Assembly (NCBI GenBank): GCA_964035545.1 | Contig: OZ037769.1 | Location: forward strand, 310,001-374,000 | Length of the DNA stretch: 64,000 bases | Source: Bugula neritina | Lineage: Eukaryota > Animalia > Bryozoa | Direction of reading: 5' to 3' | Position numbers and translations under genes: made by a program | In this document: piece by piece, positions 28,314-41,920 of the stretch | How positions within the stretch are numbered: the first letter of the stretch is position 1 | How the letters are laid out: every line of letters starts with the position of its first letter | Notes under the pieces: model-generated | What the model saw: only the letters and a program-made list of their open reading frames with translations | What the model was told of the DNA's origin: nothing | Database searches by the model: none

Positions 28314-30053
28314 GGCAGACAAATACTTGCTAGCACTATTAGTTCTGTAAGATTTAACCGGATTTATTGTGTTTTATATGCGTAAGAAAACAGCAACCCA
28401 ATGTATATTCTAATATATAAATGTTATAATGCAATATATTCCTACTGTAATATAAAAGCATAATAATACAATAATCTAAATGCATGTGTGAAAAATATGC
28501 AAGGCTATAGCAATGAAAAAAAAATACCAAGAATGATTATATAATTTACGATAACATGAATATTACTGTGTATTTTTAATCTATCCTGTGCGATAAGTTT
28601 ATATTTTGAAAAATATTCAACAATCTATTTAGAATTAGAATAGACAAACCAAGTCCTAAATATATCAGAACTGAAAATCTAACATTGTCGTATCTATGAT
28701 GTTGAAAAAAATATTGTTGTCCTAAATGCTTGTAGTTAGAGTTTCAGAGTTAAACAATATTTATATTATTTCTATTTGTATTTTGTGTTGTTTTATTTCT
28801 ACATAACTGTGTTGCATGCACGTTAAGCACCTTTATTATCAAAATTGTTCCTTAATTAATGTCTCAGTTAAAAATTAATTCATTTTTTTATAGAAACTAT
28901 ATAAAAGTGTTAGGATAGCAATTGTAAGACATGGATAATATGTTACCAGACGTAAATTTTTAACTTTGATGTAAAAGCAAACAATTTGGAAGGTGAGATG
29001 ATAAAACTCATAGCTGGTCACACGACAATGTCATGCGATCACATCACAAGTGCATGTCACATAAACACGTATTGTAATAGAAGGTATAAGTATTCAATGG
29101 GAAATCTCTTGTGTAATCAGTTATTAAGCATAGAATCAATTCCCTCTACAGTAAACAAAATAAATAATTTATTTGTAAAGAGTATATTTTTCCTGACAGT
29201 TAGGATTTCTATTCATCATACTAAAAACATTTTTTGTTTAAATTTTCTATATACTTGAATATTTAATTGAATCAAACCAGGTTTGTTAAATCATGATTCT
29301 AAAAGATCTATTTTATTTCAAAACTTGTTTGTTTTGCATTAGCACATTGCAGCTATAACCTCACTTCCACTGTACACGTTCTTGAAGGTTTTGAGTCAAA
29401 TATTCAGCAGCAGCGTGTGGCAACAGATGTTATATATGTAGATGTTTATATTTCTCTCATATATGTCATATAAAGTATGATACTATTCTGTACATCTAAA
29501 TCAATATTTAATTTAAAGTAAAGTCAGTAATAATGAGAATAGTGAGTTATATATTGCAAATGGCACTGAATAAAAGGAAGTTGGTGATTGGTTGAGTTAG
29601 AAGTAAAAACTCTTTTGATGTTTCATGTTAAGATTGCTGTTTATTTGCTTACCAACCTTCAAAGCTGATGGCTACAGAAACTCTTCTGGACTACAATTAA
29701 ATTAGGCTGTTAGTCAACTGCTTTAGATAATTAAAAGGCTGAGGGTCTCACTGGTAAGGTGAGGTGGGCGTAGATAAAGAGCTCAATCCCACTACCCGAA
29801 GAGGACAGAGTGTAGACAAGAGAGATGAGCATAGAAAAAGAGCTCAACACAATTTAAACACTCTGAACTGATTGGTTTAGAATTAGCTATGATTATATAA
29901 CTATTCCATTATATTACCATCAGCTCTACATCATAACATTGTATTGATTTCTAAATTATTTATTTATGTATTTACTGGATATTGAACTTCAAACACATGT
30001 AAGACTGATAAACATTCTACATCTGATACATGAGCTTGCGTGTCTAACAAAAT

Positions 30054-32148
30054 ATGTGTAGCACAAACCTAATTTGTATTGTAGCAGGTAAGTCTTTATA
30101 TCAAAACACTTTTGTTTAGTAAATCTATAATTATATACTCACGTAGAATAACCAGATTTATTCACTGCTTAAGAATTGAGTAAAGTTTTGCACATTACAA
30201 AATCTTTTTATTTAGATAACCAAATGAACTTATTTTTATAGTTCTGGTTTGAGAATACAAAATTCTATGTATTAAAATCTCATTCAACGATGAAGAAAAA
30301 GTGCTTACATCTAGCTTAAGCAAACATGTGAGCGATACGGGCATATAGTTGAAAAACTCATGAAGCATAATAGTGATGTACTTTCACTATTCAATAAATA
30401 ATATGTATAAGTATGCGCTGTTGATTTTCAGGAGCTGTTTCCATGGTTGCCATGGTAACATCAACAGACAACAACTTTACAGGGGCATACTACAAAAGGG
30501 CTAATGCAGATCAAATCAACTTTGACCTAGTAGCTGGGCAGAGTATCTTGGCTGGACATAAAGCTGGTTGTGCCATGGAGTGTGCCAACTCAGACTATGG
30601 GTGTCTGGGAATTCTGTATGACAGAAGAAATGAGAGTTGTTTTCTCATGTCATGTGTTAATTTAAATCTGTCTACGGACAGTTCTGGAAACACAGAAGTA
30701 GACTTCCTGGTCAGAATTGATTTGACTCTTAGTCATCTGTTAGCTAGAGGTAATTATATGAGTCATCTGTTAGCTAGAGGTAATTATATGAGTCATCTGT
30801 TAGTTAGAGGTAAATATATGAGTCATCTGTTAGCTAGAGGTAATTATATAAGTCATCTGTTAGCTAGAGGTAATTATATGAGTCATCTGTTAGTTAGAGG
30901 TAATTATATGAGTCATCTGTTAGCTAGAGGTAGTTATATGAGTCATCTGTTAGCTAGAGGTAACTATATGAGTCATCTGTTAGTTAGAGGTAATTATATG
31001 AGTCATATGTTAGCTAGAGGTAATTATATGAGTCATCTGTTAGCTAGAGGTAGTTATATGAGTCATCTGTTAGTTAGAGGTAATTATATGAGTCATCTGT
31101 TAGCTAGAGGTAATTATATGAGTCATCTGTTAGCTAGAGGTAATTATACGAGTCATCTGTTAGCTAGAGGTAATTATATGAGTCATCTGTTAGCTAGAGG
31201 TAATTATATGAGTCATCTGTTAGCTAGAGGTAATTATATGAATCATCTGTTAGTTAGAGGTAATTATATGAGTCATCTGTTAGTTAGAGGTAATTATATG
31301 AGTGAAAACATATAGATATTTTTTATGTTTCAAAAAGTTTAACTTTAAAGTATAATTTAATTTTTTCCTGACATGCCATATTAGTTAGTTATATTTGTGT
31401 AAATCAACTCTGGTTGGTTTATTTATAAGCATACTAAAAGAAATCCATAGTCTAGTTAGTGACTGTAAGGAGTCTATTTGGAATGCACAGCTTGTATTCT
31501 GAATATAAAATCACACTTCCCATGTCCGTAATCTAGGAATTATACTTGTAGGTAAACCAGCATTTTCTTCTTCTGTAAACTTAAATGATGAAACTCGCTG
31601 TGGTGCACAGAACGGTAATGATGGTATTTATCTCCCCTCTGATGCTGGTATACCTGAAGCAAGCCAAATTGTCATAACAACTGTAGAACAGAATCCCTAC
31701 TGGAAAGTTGACCTGCTGGACACGCATTGCATTTGGGCTGTGCGAATACTAAATGCAGCAGAACGAGGTGAGAATTGTCTTCCCCACACGACCTTGAATA
31801 CTTTATTTTTGTGAATTTATTAATCCAACACAAGTTAGACTTTAATACTGCATTAACCATTGGAGAGAGCTGATTCACTTACTTGTTTACTTTGTCTTTC
31901 TAATAATAGATATTTATACTTCAGATGGTTGGATTTATGTGAAGAATATTACAATAGGTGTGGCTGAAGCAGAAGAAGATCTAGAAAATTCCATGAACCT
32001 GTGCGCTAACCACCCTGGAATTCTGAATCAATACTATACAACACTCAACTGTACAACACCAATGGCTGGCAGATTTGTTCAAATGACCATGCAAACCACT
32101 CATGATGCTAAACTGGTCTTTTATGAAATTGAAGTTCACGGCTTTTGA
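30054..32148 (+). CDS. PAN/apple-like + F-type lectin protein, copy 2
   Basis: Exons 30054-30087, 30432-30749 (using the first donor), 31552-31767 and 31910-32148. Motifs: MCSTNLICIVAGAVSMVAMVTS, CAMEC...CLG...C, LLARG|KPAFSSS, NGNDG, NPYWKVDL, GRFVQM, EIEVHGF. Confidence 0.87.
30731..31300 (+). repeat. 19 x 30-bp in-frame repeat of exon end plus donor
   Basis: AGTCATCTGTTAGCTAGAG|GTAATTATATG, translating as SHLLARGNYM. Confidence 0.95.
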
Positions 32149-33288
32149 ATCATTTTTGCCAGCAATATATTCTTATTAAATAAAATGCTAACAATTGATA
32201 TAAATTACTTTTTAATTGTTTATTTTGTTGTATTCCCGGTATTATTCAAATCGATGTTTGCCATAATTATTTAAGCTTTTTTCAAGATGCTGTAATGCGT
32301 TTCTAAATCTAATTGAAGTTTGAAAATTTAGTGAAATCAAGTAAAGCAGCATATATATGAATTGTTTTATAAATAAATGATCTTAAAGTTCATACATTTA
32401 TTATACCCAACAGAGATTATGAATATATAATTTAGTTATACATGTATTTTACAGTACTTTAAAGTATAATATATGCTACAACTTCCCCTTAGATCAGCTG
32501 AGTGTTTGGCAAGACCAATGGGAAGAGTAATCTATCACTCATCCTATAAGTTCATCATTATTTTGGTTTACTCCGGTTACTGGAAGCTGCATTTTGTTTG
32601 TTTACTTTAAACATTTCACATTGAGTTTATATGATGTGCTTTGAAATGCGTCAGAAGCTAATTTTATTTCTTGAAGTCACTCTACTAAATGTTACTGTTT
32701 GAATAATGCTACTAGGAATTTTCATCATCTCGATGTTTCTGTCACAGATCGGTACAAGCTTTTGTTTAATTAGGTACAAGTTTTTTGTTTGAATTAAATA
32801 TTCCTATCATTCTTATGGTTCAATAAATTTTCAGCGTTGTATTACTTATTTAATATCAGTATCTTTCATTAGCTTGCTAACTAATTAATATAAATACATT
32901 TCTGCAGAATGTAGTTAACTAAAATAGTTAGGGTATGTTGCATAGCCCGTTGACGACTGCTGTTGGCTAGCTAAAGTTCAAGATGCTCTACGGCTCTGAA
33001 ATTCAACATTATGTTAAAAAAATTATGAGTGGGCAGAGAAAAAGAACCCAACATAATTTAAACTAAAACATTCTAAACTGATTGGCTAAGGAATGGCTTT
33101 GATTAGCTTTTATATAAATGGCGCCGTCGAATCCCCTGCTCCATTATTACCATCAGCTCTACAGCATTGCATTGTATTAATTTCTAAATTATTTATTTAT
33201 ACGTATTGACTAGATATTGCACTTCAAACACATGTAAAACTGATAAATATTCTACATGTGATACATGATCTTGCATGTCTAACAAAAA

Positions 33289-34409
33289 ATGTGTAACGTA
33301 AACCTAACTTGTGTTGTAGCAGGTAAGTCTTTGTACCAAGCATATTTGTTTAGTAAATCTGTAATTATATATAATTGTGTAAAATAACCAGATTTATTTG
33401 CTGCTTAAGAGTTGAGTAAAGTTTTGCAAATTACAAGATTTATTCATTTAGATAACCAAATGCACTTAGTTTTGTAGCCACACACACTTATTTGCAAGGT
33501 TTTAATTCAAAAATATACAACACCACGTAAGTAAAATCTTATTCAACGATAAAGAAAAAGTGCTTACATCTAGCATAAGCAAAAATGTGGGTAATATGGG
33601 CAGTTAGTTGAAAAATTTATAGAGCATATTAGTGATGCACTCTTACTTTTCAATAAATGATGTGTATAATTATGCACTGTTGATTTTCAGGAGCTGTTTC
33701 CATGGTCGCCATGGTAACATCCACAGACAACAATGTTACCAAGGCATACTACAGAATAGTTAACGCAGATCAAATCAACTTTGACCTAGTAGCTGGGCAG
33801 AGTACCTTGGCTGGACATAAAGCTGGTTGTGCCATGGAGTGTGCCAACTCAGACTATGGGTGTCTCGGGGTTCTCTACGACAGAAGAAATGAGAGTTGTT
33901 TTCTCATGTCTTGTGTTAATTCAAATCTGTCTACGGGCAGTTCTGGAAACATAGAAGTAGACTTCCTGGTCAGAATTGATTTGACTCTTAGTCATCTGTT
34001 AGCTAGAGGTAATTATATGAGTCATCTGTTAGCTAGAGGTAATTATATGAGTCATATGTTAGCTAGAGGTAATTATATGAGTCATATGTTAGCTAGAGGT
34101 AATTATATGAGTCATCTGTTAGTTAGAGGTAATTATATGAGTCATCTGTTAGCCAGAGGTAATTATATGGGTCATATGTTAGTTAGAGGTAATTATATGA
34201 GTCATATGTTAGCTAGAGGTAATTATATGAGTCACCTGTTAGCTAGAGGTAATTATATGAGTCATCTGTTAGTCAGAGGTAATTATATGAGTCATATGTT
34301 AGCTAGAAGTAATTATATGAGTCATATGTTAGTTAGAGGTAATTATATGAATGAAAACATATATCGATATTTTTTATGTTTCAAAAAGTTTAACTTTGAA
34401 ATTGTTTAA
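33289..34409 (+). pseudogene. Lectin copy 3, truncated: signal exon and PAN exon only, no lectin-domain exons
   Basis: Exons 33289-33322 and 33691-34008. Intron 2 matches copy 2 up to ~34594 and breaks a few bases before the exon 3 acceptor. Read-through remains open to 34409. Confidence 0.75.
33990..34349 (+). repeat. 12 x 30-bp in-frame donor repeat
   Basis: Same unit as 30731-31300. Confidence 0.95.
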
Positions 34410-34588
34410 TCTTCTCCTGACATGCTATATTAGTATTATATTTGTGTAAATCGACTCTGGTTGGTTTATTCAAAAGCATACTAAATGAATTTCATTGCCT
34501 AGTTATTGATTGTAATGAGTCTATTTAGAATGCATAGCTTGTATTCTGAATTCAATATCACACTTCCCATGTCCATATTCTAGGAACT

Positions 34589-36103
34589 ATATTTGAGTAA
34601 TGGATTATCAATATGATTAAGGCGATTGTTTGCCAATTCCTTGGATTTTTCACATTAATTGGCCACGAGCAATAAATAATACTACAATTGTGAGCGTTGT
34701 AGGATCATGTATTTAGGTAGAAAAGCATTAAGTAAATGAAGCTATAATTTACAGTATGTTCGATTAAGTTTAGATATGCAAACATCTTTACATGTTATAT
34801 TCAAGTCGTGGCTCTAATAATAAATATATGGAATTTATCAACGCCCTTATAATATAATTATTGATTAGACTTTAGTATTTTCTCTGTTTAATTCTATTTT
34901 TAAAGCTCTATAAACACACTATTATTAGTTTCACACAATAATTATTGATCTGAGAAAATTAGAAAGAAAACAAGAAAGCATAAATTATTAATATAAAGTC
35001 TAATAGTAAATAAGTGCAGCAATAGTCAAAGTTGTGCATTGTTATTTGAAATAAGGAGGTATAGTTTATTACCTCCACAAATGCGAGATGATGTTAGTGA
35101 AAAACTGTTATGTCATGGCAGGTATGTTGCAGTCTGAACTTGTTGCAGCACTATATATAAATATTAGGAATACCTACATTTACTGGGTATACAGCTACAC
35201 TTGGTTTAGCTACTGCTACATTTATTACTAGATATACAGCTACACTTGGTTTAGCTACTGCTACATTTATTACTAGATATACAGCTACACTTGGTTTAGC
35301 TACTGCTACATTTATTACTAGATATACAGCTACACTTAGTTTAGCTACTGCTACATTTATTACTAGATATACAGATACACTTAGTTTAACTACTGCTACA
35401 TTTATTACTAGATATACAGCTACACTTGGTTTGGCTACTGCTACTCTTATTACTAGATATACGCAGCTACACTTGGTTTAGCTACTGCTACTCTTATTAC
35501 TAGATATACAGCTACACTTGGTTTAGCTACTGCTACTCTTATTACTAGATATACAGTTACACTTAGTTTAGCTACTGCTACATTTATTACTAGATATACA
35601 GTTACACTTGGTTTAGCTACTGCTCCATTTATTACTAGATATACAGCTACACTTGGTTTAGCTACTGCTACATTTATTACTAGATATACAGCTACACTTG
35701 GTTTAGCTACTGCTACATTTATTACTAGATATACAGCTACACTTAGTTTAGCTACTGCTACATTTATTACTAGATATACAGATACACTTAGTTTAACTAC
35801 TGCTACATTTATTACTAGATATACAGCTACACTTGGTTTGGCTACTGCTACTCTTATTACTAGATATACGCAGCTACACTTGGTTTAGCTACTGCTACTC
35901 TTATTACTAGATATACAGCTACACTTGGTTTAGCTACTGCTACTCTTATTACTAGATATACAGTTACACTTAGTTTAGCTACTGCTACATTTATTACTAG
36001 ATATACAGTTACACTTGGTTTAGCTACTGCTCCATTTATTACTAAATATACAGATACACTTGGTTTAGCTACTGCTACTTTTATTAAACTGTAGAAATAA
36101 ATG
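34589..36103 (+). other. Diverged duplicate of ~25531-26112 (lectin 1 upstream region and exon 1)
   Basis: Shared blocks such as GTTATTTGAAATAAGGA.GTATAGTTTATTACCTCCACAAATGCGAGATGATGT. Orphan exon ATGATG...GCAG|GTATGT at 35088-35121. Confidence 0.85.
35188..36088. repeat. 45-bp minisatellite (~20 copies)
   Basis: Unit TATACAGCTACACTTGGTTTAGCTACTGCTACATTTATTACTAGA. A single copy is present at ~26056-26097. Confidence 0.95.
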
Positions 36104-37032
36104 TTTCATTATTAAAAGTTACACTCGCTTCTGGCCTTGAATAAACCGGTTATTATAATTTTAAGAGTATTTTCTATTATGAAAAAACTTCTTAAAGTGA
36201 TGGCAGACCTTAATTCTAGCTAAAATCAGTCATTTTAATTTGACCTCTCAGAACCGCCATTTTGAAATTGAAAACTCAAAATGATAAAATTAATTTATAA
36301 TATGATTCAAAATATAGTGGCTTTAACATTTCTGTTTATTTAGATGTTCTTCTAAATGTTATCTGAATAAAATAAATTTGCTCTCTATAATTTGACAGCA
36401 GTTTCTTGCATTTGAAAGTAGCGTTAAAATTTACCGATAATTTTGAAATTTAAGGATTAAATTGAAAAGCAACTAGCTGGCTTGGTAGCTATTAATTTAA
36501 TCAAATTTAATGGCTATAATTATCCAAAAATTACCAAGCTGTACTATCAGCATCAATTACAAAAACTTTTAGGCTGTCCGGTTGAAAAGTGGAAGTTTAA
36601 AGTAAGCGCTATTGTTTGTTTACCTAAAAGACCATATATGGTCCATTGATCTGTGGATAGTGTCGCTTTGAGGGACATATATGGTCCATTGATCGCGTAA
36701 GGGTTAAAGGGACCTGGATTGCTGACAATGAGTTTAGTAAATCAATAAAGCTTTATATGTATGTGCTACAATTGGTCCTATTACTTTGCAAGCTGTTTCT
36801 GCTTAAGCCATTGAAAACTATCAGGCATAACTTTCCCAACTGTAAGTGCATGTAATAATTATAATGCTTTATAGCAATGTCTATTGATTTTACGTTGTTT
36901 ATGCTCCAAGGTTAAATACCATTGTGAGGTTGAGTGAGTGAGGTTGGTAGGAGAAAGTTGGTATAGAGGAGAAGGCTGATAGGAGAAGGTTGGTATAGGA
37001 GAAGATTGATAGAAGAAGGTTGTGAATCAAAG

Positions 37033-40000
37033 ATGGCATCACTTAGCTGGGTAGTAGCTGGCGAGTTGAATGATGTAGATAAATTAAGAAATAAGTTAGC
37101 TTTGATGTCAACTGCTGAGAGACTGGAATATTTAAATCAACAAATTGAAGAGAGCACACAGGGGGCACACAGGGGCACACAGGGGGCACACAGGGGCACA
37201 CAGGGGCACACAGGGGGCACACTAATGCAGATAATTGTAGAGATAAATCGACTGGATTTGTTGGAATGTGTTGCAGACTCTGTACCACTAGCTGATTTGC
37301 TCACTCTAATAACCACACAGAACGATGATGGCAACACAGTTGTACATTGTGCTGCATTGAATAATCAGGTTGGACTCCTTCAGCACTTGCTAGGCAAATT
37401 ACCATCATTGCATTCATTTGACCTATTGAGTTTACAAAACAAGGATAATAATACAGCCCTGCACTGCACTGCACAAAAGGGTTTTGTGGATGCAGTGCAG
37501 TGTATTCTGGCTTCAGTGGCAGCAACTGAGTTAGGCAAACTTTTGTGTGTCAAGAATACGAAAGGAAATACTTCTTTGCTCTGTTCAACAAAAGAAGGTC
37601 ATACAGAGGTGGTGAGATACATGCTAGAGATTGCACCATGCGCTCTTTTGCCTAAACTACTAAGTATGAAAAATAAAAAGGGCAATACTGTTTTACACTG
37701 GGCAGCATTTAACTGCAAAACAAAGATAGTGGCTCAGGTATTTGATTTAGTATTGAGTGAGCAATTTTGCTCTTTGCTCAAAATACAAAACAAGGCAGAG
37801 AGAACAGCCTTGCATTGTGCAGTAACTAAGGGCCACACAAAAGCTGTGAAATGTATGTTAAGGTGTGTGCCAGCTGCTGACCTAGCAAGACTGCTTGCTG
37901 TTCAAGATGCTGATGGTGAGACAGTCTTTCACCATGCAGTTGACAGCAATCATGTAAAAATTACAAAATTCATGGCAGCATGCTTACAAGCTGCTGACTT
38001 ATACAAGGTGCTTGTTTTACAAAACAGAGAAGGCAATACTGCAATACACTGTGCTGTAGAACAAGCTGACACAGAGGTATTAACTGGTTTGCTCAACAAG
38101 CTGCTATTATTTCAAAGTCTGAACATAATATCAAACATTAGAAATTCAGATTTCTCCACTCCACTTGAAATGGCAAAAGCTAGTAACCGACTAGAAGCTG
38201 TGTTAAGCCTAGAAGAATATGTGGAAAGATCTAAACACAATATTACAGGTGTGGTGCAATTTTTTCTTTGCATCTAATATATTATATGCTATTTTATTTT
38301 AATAACATAATGAATTACACAGAATATATAAGTAATAATACAAATATCTTGAACACATTTTATTATTTGAATTTATGCTTGCACATTTTCTCATTTTATT
38401 TTCAAGCTAAAACTAAATTTATAATGTAAATATTATTTTTACGATCATATTCTCAGGTTTAATTGGATGTGTCAGTACATAAAATATCATTAACTTTTTC
38501 TAATTCCAATTGCATGAAACTTGTATAAAGCTGCTCAAAGTTCATATAGTAACATAGCAATAGACCCTTTTCAGAAGTACCCAATAGCCCCCTCACAATT
38601 ATGAGTTGTGTCCTCCCAAAATGAAAATTGGTGAACAAAATAAACTTAAACGTATTTTTGTGATTTTGGTTGCTGAGCAATGCTGAAGTGCCACTTCAGC
38701 ATTGCTCAGCAACCAAAACCACAAACATGCTTTCAAGTTTATTTTCTTCAAAATTTTTCATGAAGAAATATTTTTAAAATTTTTTTGAACTGCCAACATG
38801 TGTGCTTATACTAAAATATCTATCTCCTAAAAGAACAATTATATAGCATAATTAGAATTTTAAGTAGCAGCCAAACTTTAAATTTTAATGAGTTTGCTCT
38901 TTATACAAAGGTTCAACCTATTCACTTTGGGAAGACACAACTCTTAATTGTAAAGGGGATACCAGGGACCTCTAAAAACGTGTATTATCTCTGTTTATAA
39001 ATATAATTTGCATGACATATTAAAAGCATAAACTTGACAAAAGCCAAATAAATACTTTCTAGGTAATGACCAAAACAATGACATGTCTTTACAAGAAAGC
39101 TTAGAGTATTTAGATGAAAGCAAACAAAATATAGAAATAATTCAACTTCCTATGAAAAAACTTACACAACCTGTTGATGAAAATAACAACACAATCAAGG
39201 TGAGAACTGCATCCCTTTTATTTAAACCTGAATTGATGCTGAAGCATTTTTTTAAAAATCTTTTAAAGTTTTGAAAGACTTCTTCTGCAGCCTGATTTAA
39301 TTGTTTTTTTTGTATTTTGTTTTTAAATTTCTTTTCTGTCATAAGTTCAAAAAACATGAAGAATCTTTTTTAACATGTGAAATAAAAGTAGCAGTCGTCT
39401 TATGATTGACTTTTGCAAACAGATGTACAGAATTTCAACACCGCTCCGAGGAAGATGTTTAATTATAAACAACATACACTTTGACAGACACTTAGGAGAC
39501 AGAAATGGCTCCCAGATAGATGCTGTAAACCTCCTCAATGTATTCCAAAAACTTGATTTTGTCTGTGATGTAAAAACAGACCTCACTGGCCAGGTGCTTA
39601 TACATATTGTACGAGAATACCTTACACCGTTTTTATTACTTGAAAATGTTCATATTTACTTTGTTAATATTTATTTAGTCTGCCAATACACAAGGCCAAT
39701 AGACATTGTCAACAAATTTTCAATTACCTACATCTTTACAGCAAATGGTAGCTAGCATAAAAGAAGAGACTCGACATCCTGATTACTTGAACAAACTTGA
39801 AGTATGTGTGCTGGTAATTATGACTCATGGGACAGAGAGCCAACTGTTTGGTGTTGACTGCACTCCGGTTGAACGAACAGACGTATATGACATGCTTTCT
39901 CCATACAAATTTAAGTCAATGGCCATGCAACCAAAGATTCTCATAGTGCAAGCATGTGCTGGTAGTAAGTTTTTATGTTTCTCTGTATATTAAGTTACCT

Positions 40001-41920
40001 GCCAATGAATGATGCCCAGTTTTTTCGCTACTACTAATTTCTTTTTGACTTTGGTTTGAAGCTGTGTAGAGAAATGCAAATGCTTTTTACAAAAGCTGTA
40101 ATTTATAATCTATGTAATTTTTTTAACATCCTAATTAAAAGTTGTAGTAAAAGTTTAACATATAAAACACCATTATAAAAAATTAAAATATTGGCTAGGC
40201 GCATGTCTATATTGCTAACTTTCGTGCTGTGTTATTGTATTCACAATTTATATCAAATGTTATTGGCTATTTGTAATTCAGTAATATCAAATTAAAATCA
40301 ATAAGTCTTGCAAATATTGATTTCACCAGCAAAAAATCAAATAAAACTGGCCAGTTTTTCTGTAAGTTAAAAATGTTTATGAACGACACTTCAATGATTT
40401 ATGTTATACTGATGTATACTTATATATGGCTTCATATACTTAGACCTTATCTTTTATAGAAAAAAAGGATTATATGGGCTTTTATGAAGATGATTCTCCT
40501 CGTGCTACACACCAAACAAACAGTTTATTTCCAGGAGATTATCTAGCCACTGAAAATCTGTTTATCTTAAGATCTAGTTTTTCTGGTAGGCAGTAATTGA
40601 ATGAAATGAAACCTAGTATTTAATGGAGGTGCTTATATTTTATTTAATAGGTCCCAATTATAAGCAATAATTATTTTGGAATTAAATTGCTTTTATTCAA
40701 AAATTTTTAATAAACGAAATATTATCAAAAATGGAATAAATGAAAAACTAACATTGATAGTTTTCATTACATAAATTGTTGCCACACCCAAATATAACTC
40801 ATTGCATTTGCTTGCCATTGCATTTGGCTGCAGGATTATTGTATAAAATTAAAAAACTGAAAAATGCACGATTTGGATACAGTTATAAGAATTGCCACAG
40901 AATTATTTTTGATCTCTCACTAACTTCCTGTATCGCTTTATCATCACATTGCTATTTACAGGTCACGTTTCAATCAGACATTCCATAATTGGAAGTTGGA
41001 TGGTGAGGGCATTAGTTGTTACCCTATACAACCATGCTTGTGATAAAGATATTGAGGCTATATTCAAAGAGGTATAGTCCAAATAAAAATTCATCAGCTA
41101 AAATTAAAAGGTATAATTATAATCGAAGCTGTAATAAAGGTTGCCATAGTTAATAAAATACTTATTTTATTACTAACAAATTTATATACAAGTTTTTATA
41201 CTACTTATAGTGCTTGTATCACATTATTTTATCATTTTATTATATACAAACACACAAAAACATATAATTGACTTTCAATTCTACAAAAATATAAACTGTG
41301 AACATCTAGGAAATAATTCTACCTAAAAATAAGCTTTTTCAACATAAAAATAGCTGCAAAAATTCGAATATATAAACAATTTAACATATTTTATTCACAA
41401 CCATAGTTTTTACGCCAAGAAAATACTTTAGTTTAAAGGCCATATTAATTGCAAGTTTGAACTAAATATTTTGCATAACATAAAAGACGTGTAAAAATAA
41501 ATAATGAATATTAGTGCTTTGCTGAACTTAGACAATACGTTGATTTACTTTAGATTGCAGTCAAAATTATCTATAATTATAAAGCTTGCTGGTAATACGT
41601 ATACTAAAGGTGAGTAATTGGAGCAAGTAACTCCGAATACAAATGAAAGCAAGTGTTACTTTTTCAGACCAAATAAACCAAAATGGTCATTATAACACAG
41701 AGTTTGAGGAGTCTGCTGAGGTTGTATATGAATATGAATGAAGCAAGGCTATAACTGGTTTAAAGCATTTTGTTTATAATGGTAGGTAAAAGAGATAGTA
41801 AAGCAGAAAAGCATTGCTACATTTAAAAGAGATGTTAGTGCTGGAGGACAACAGGTTACGTATGAATGTTTTCCTTCTGAAGAGAAGAAACTATTTCTTT
41901 GCAATGCGCATTGGTGTTGA
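37033..41920 (+). CDS. Ankyrin-repeat caspase (7 exons)
   Basis: Exons 37033-38248, 39063-39199, 39423-39593, 39742-39964, 40460-40585, 40962-41071 and 41786-41920 join in frame. Eight ankyrin repeats (GNTxLHxA-like), then RGRCLIINN, RNGSQIDA, IMTHG, PKILIVQACAG, GHVSIRH...GSW and KKLFL. The ankyrin-caspase join is inferred from splice phase. Confidence 0.82.
38560..38980. mobile_element. Fold-back / MITE-like inverted repeat in caspase intron 1
   Basis: Perfect 27-bp arms at 38664-38690 and 38692-38718 around a 1-nt centre. Imperfect outer arms at ~38570-38625 and ~38921-38977. Confidence 0.6.

Noticed and set aside
36630-36707. piggyBac-like terminus (19-bp direct repeats, then AAGGGTTAA)
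   Set aside because: No matching opposite terminus was found in the window.
41554-41742. Possible extra caspase exons
   Set aside because: They lead to stops and lack the caspase C-terminal strand; 41786-41920 fits both phase and motif.
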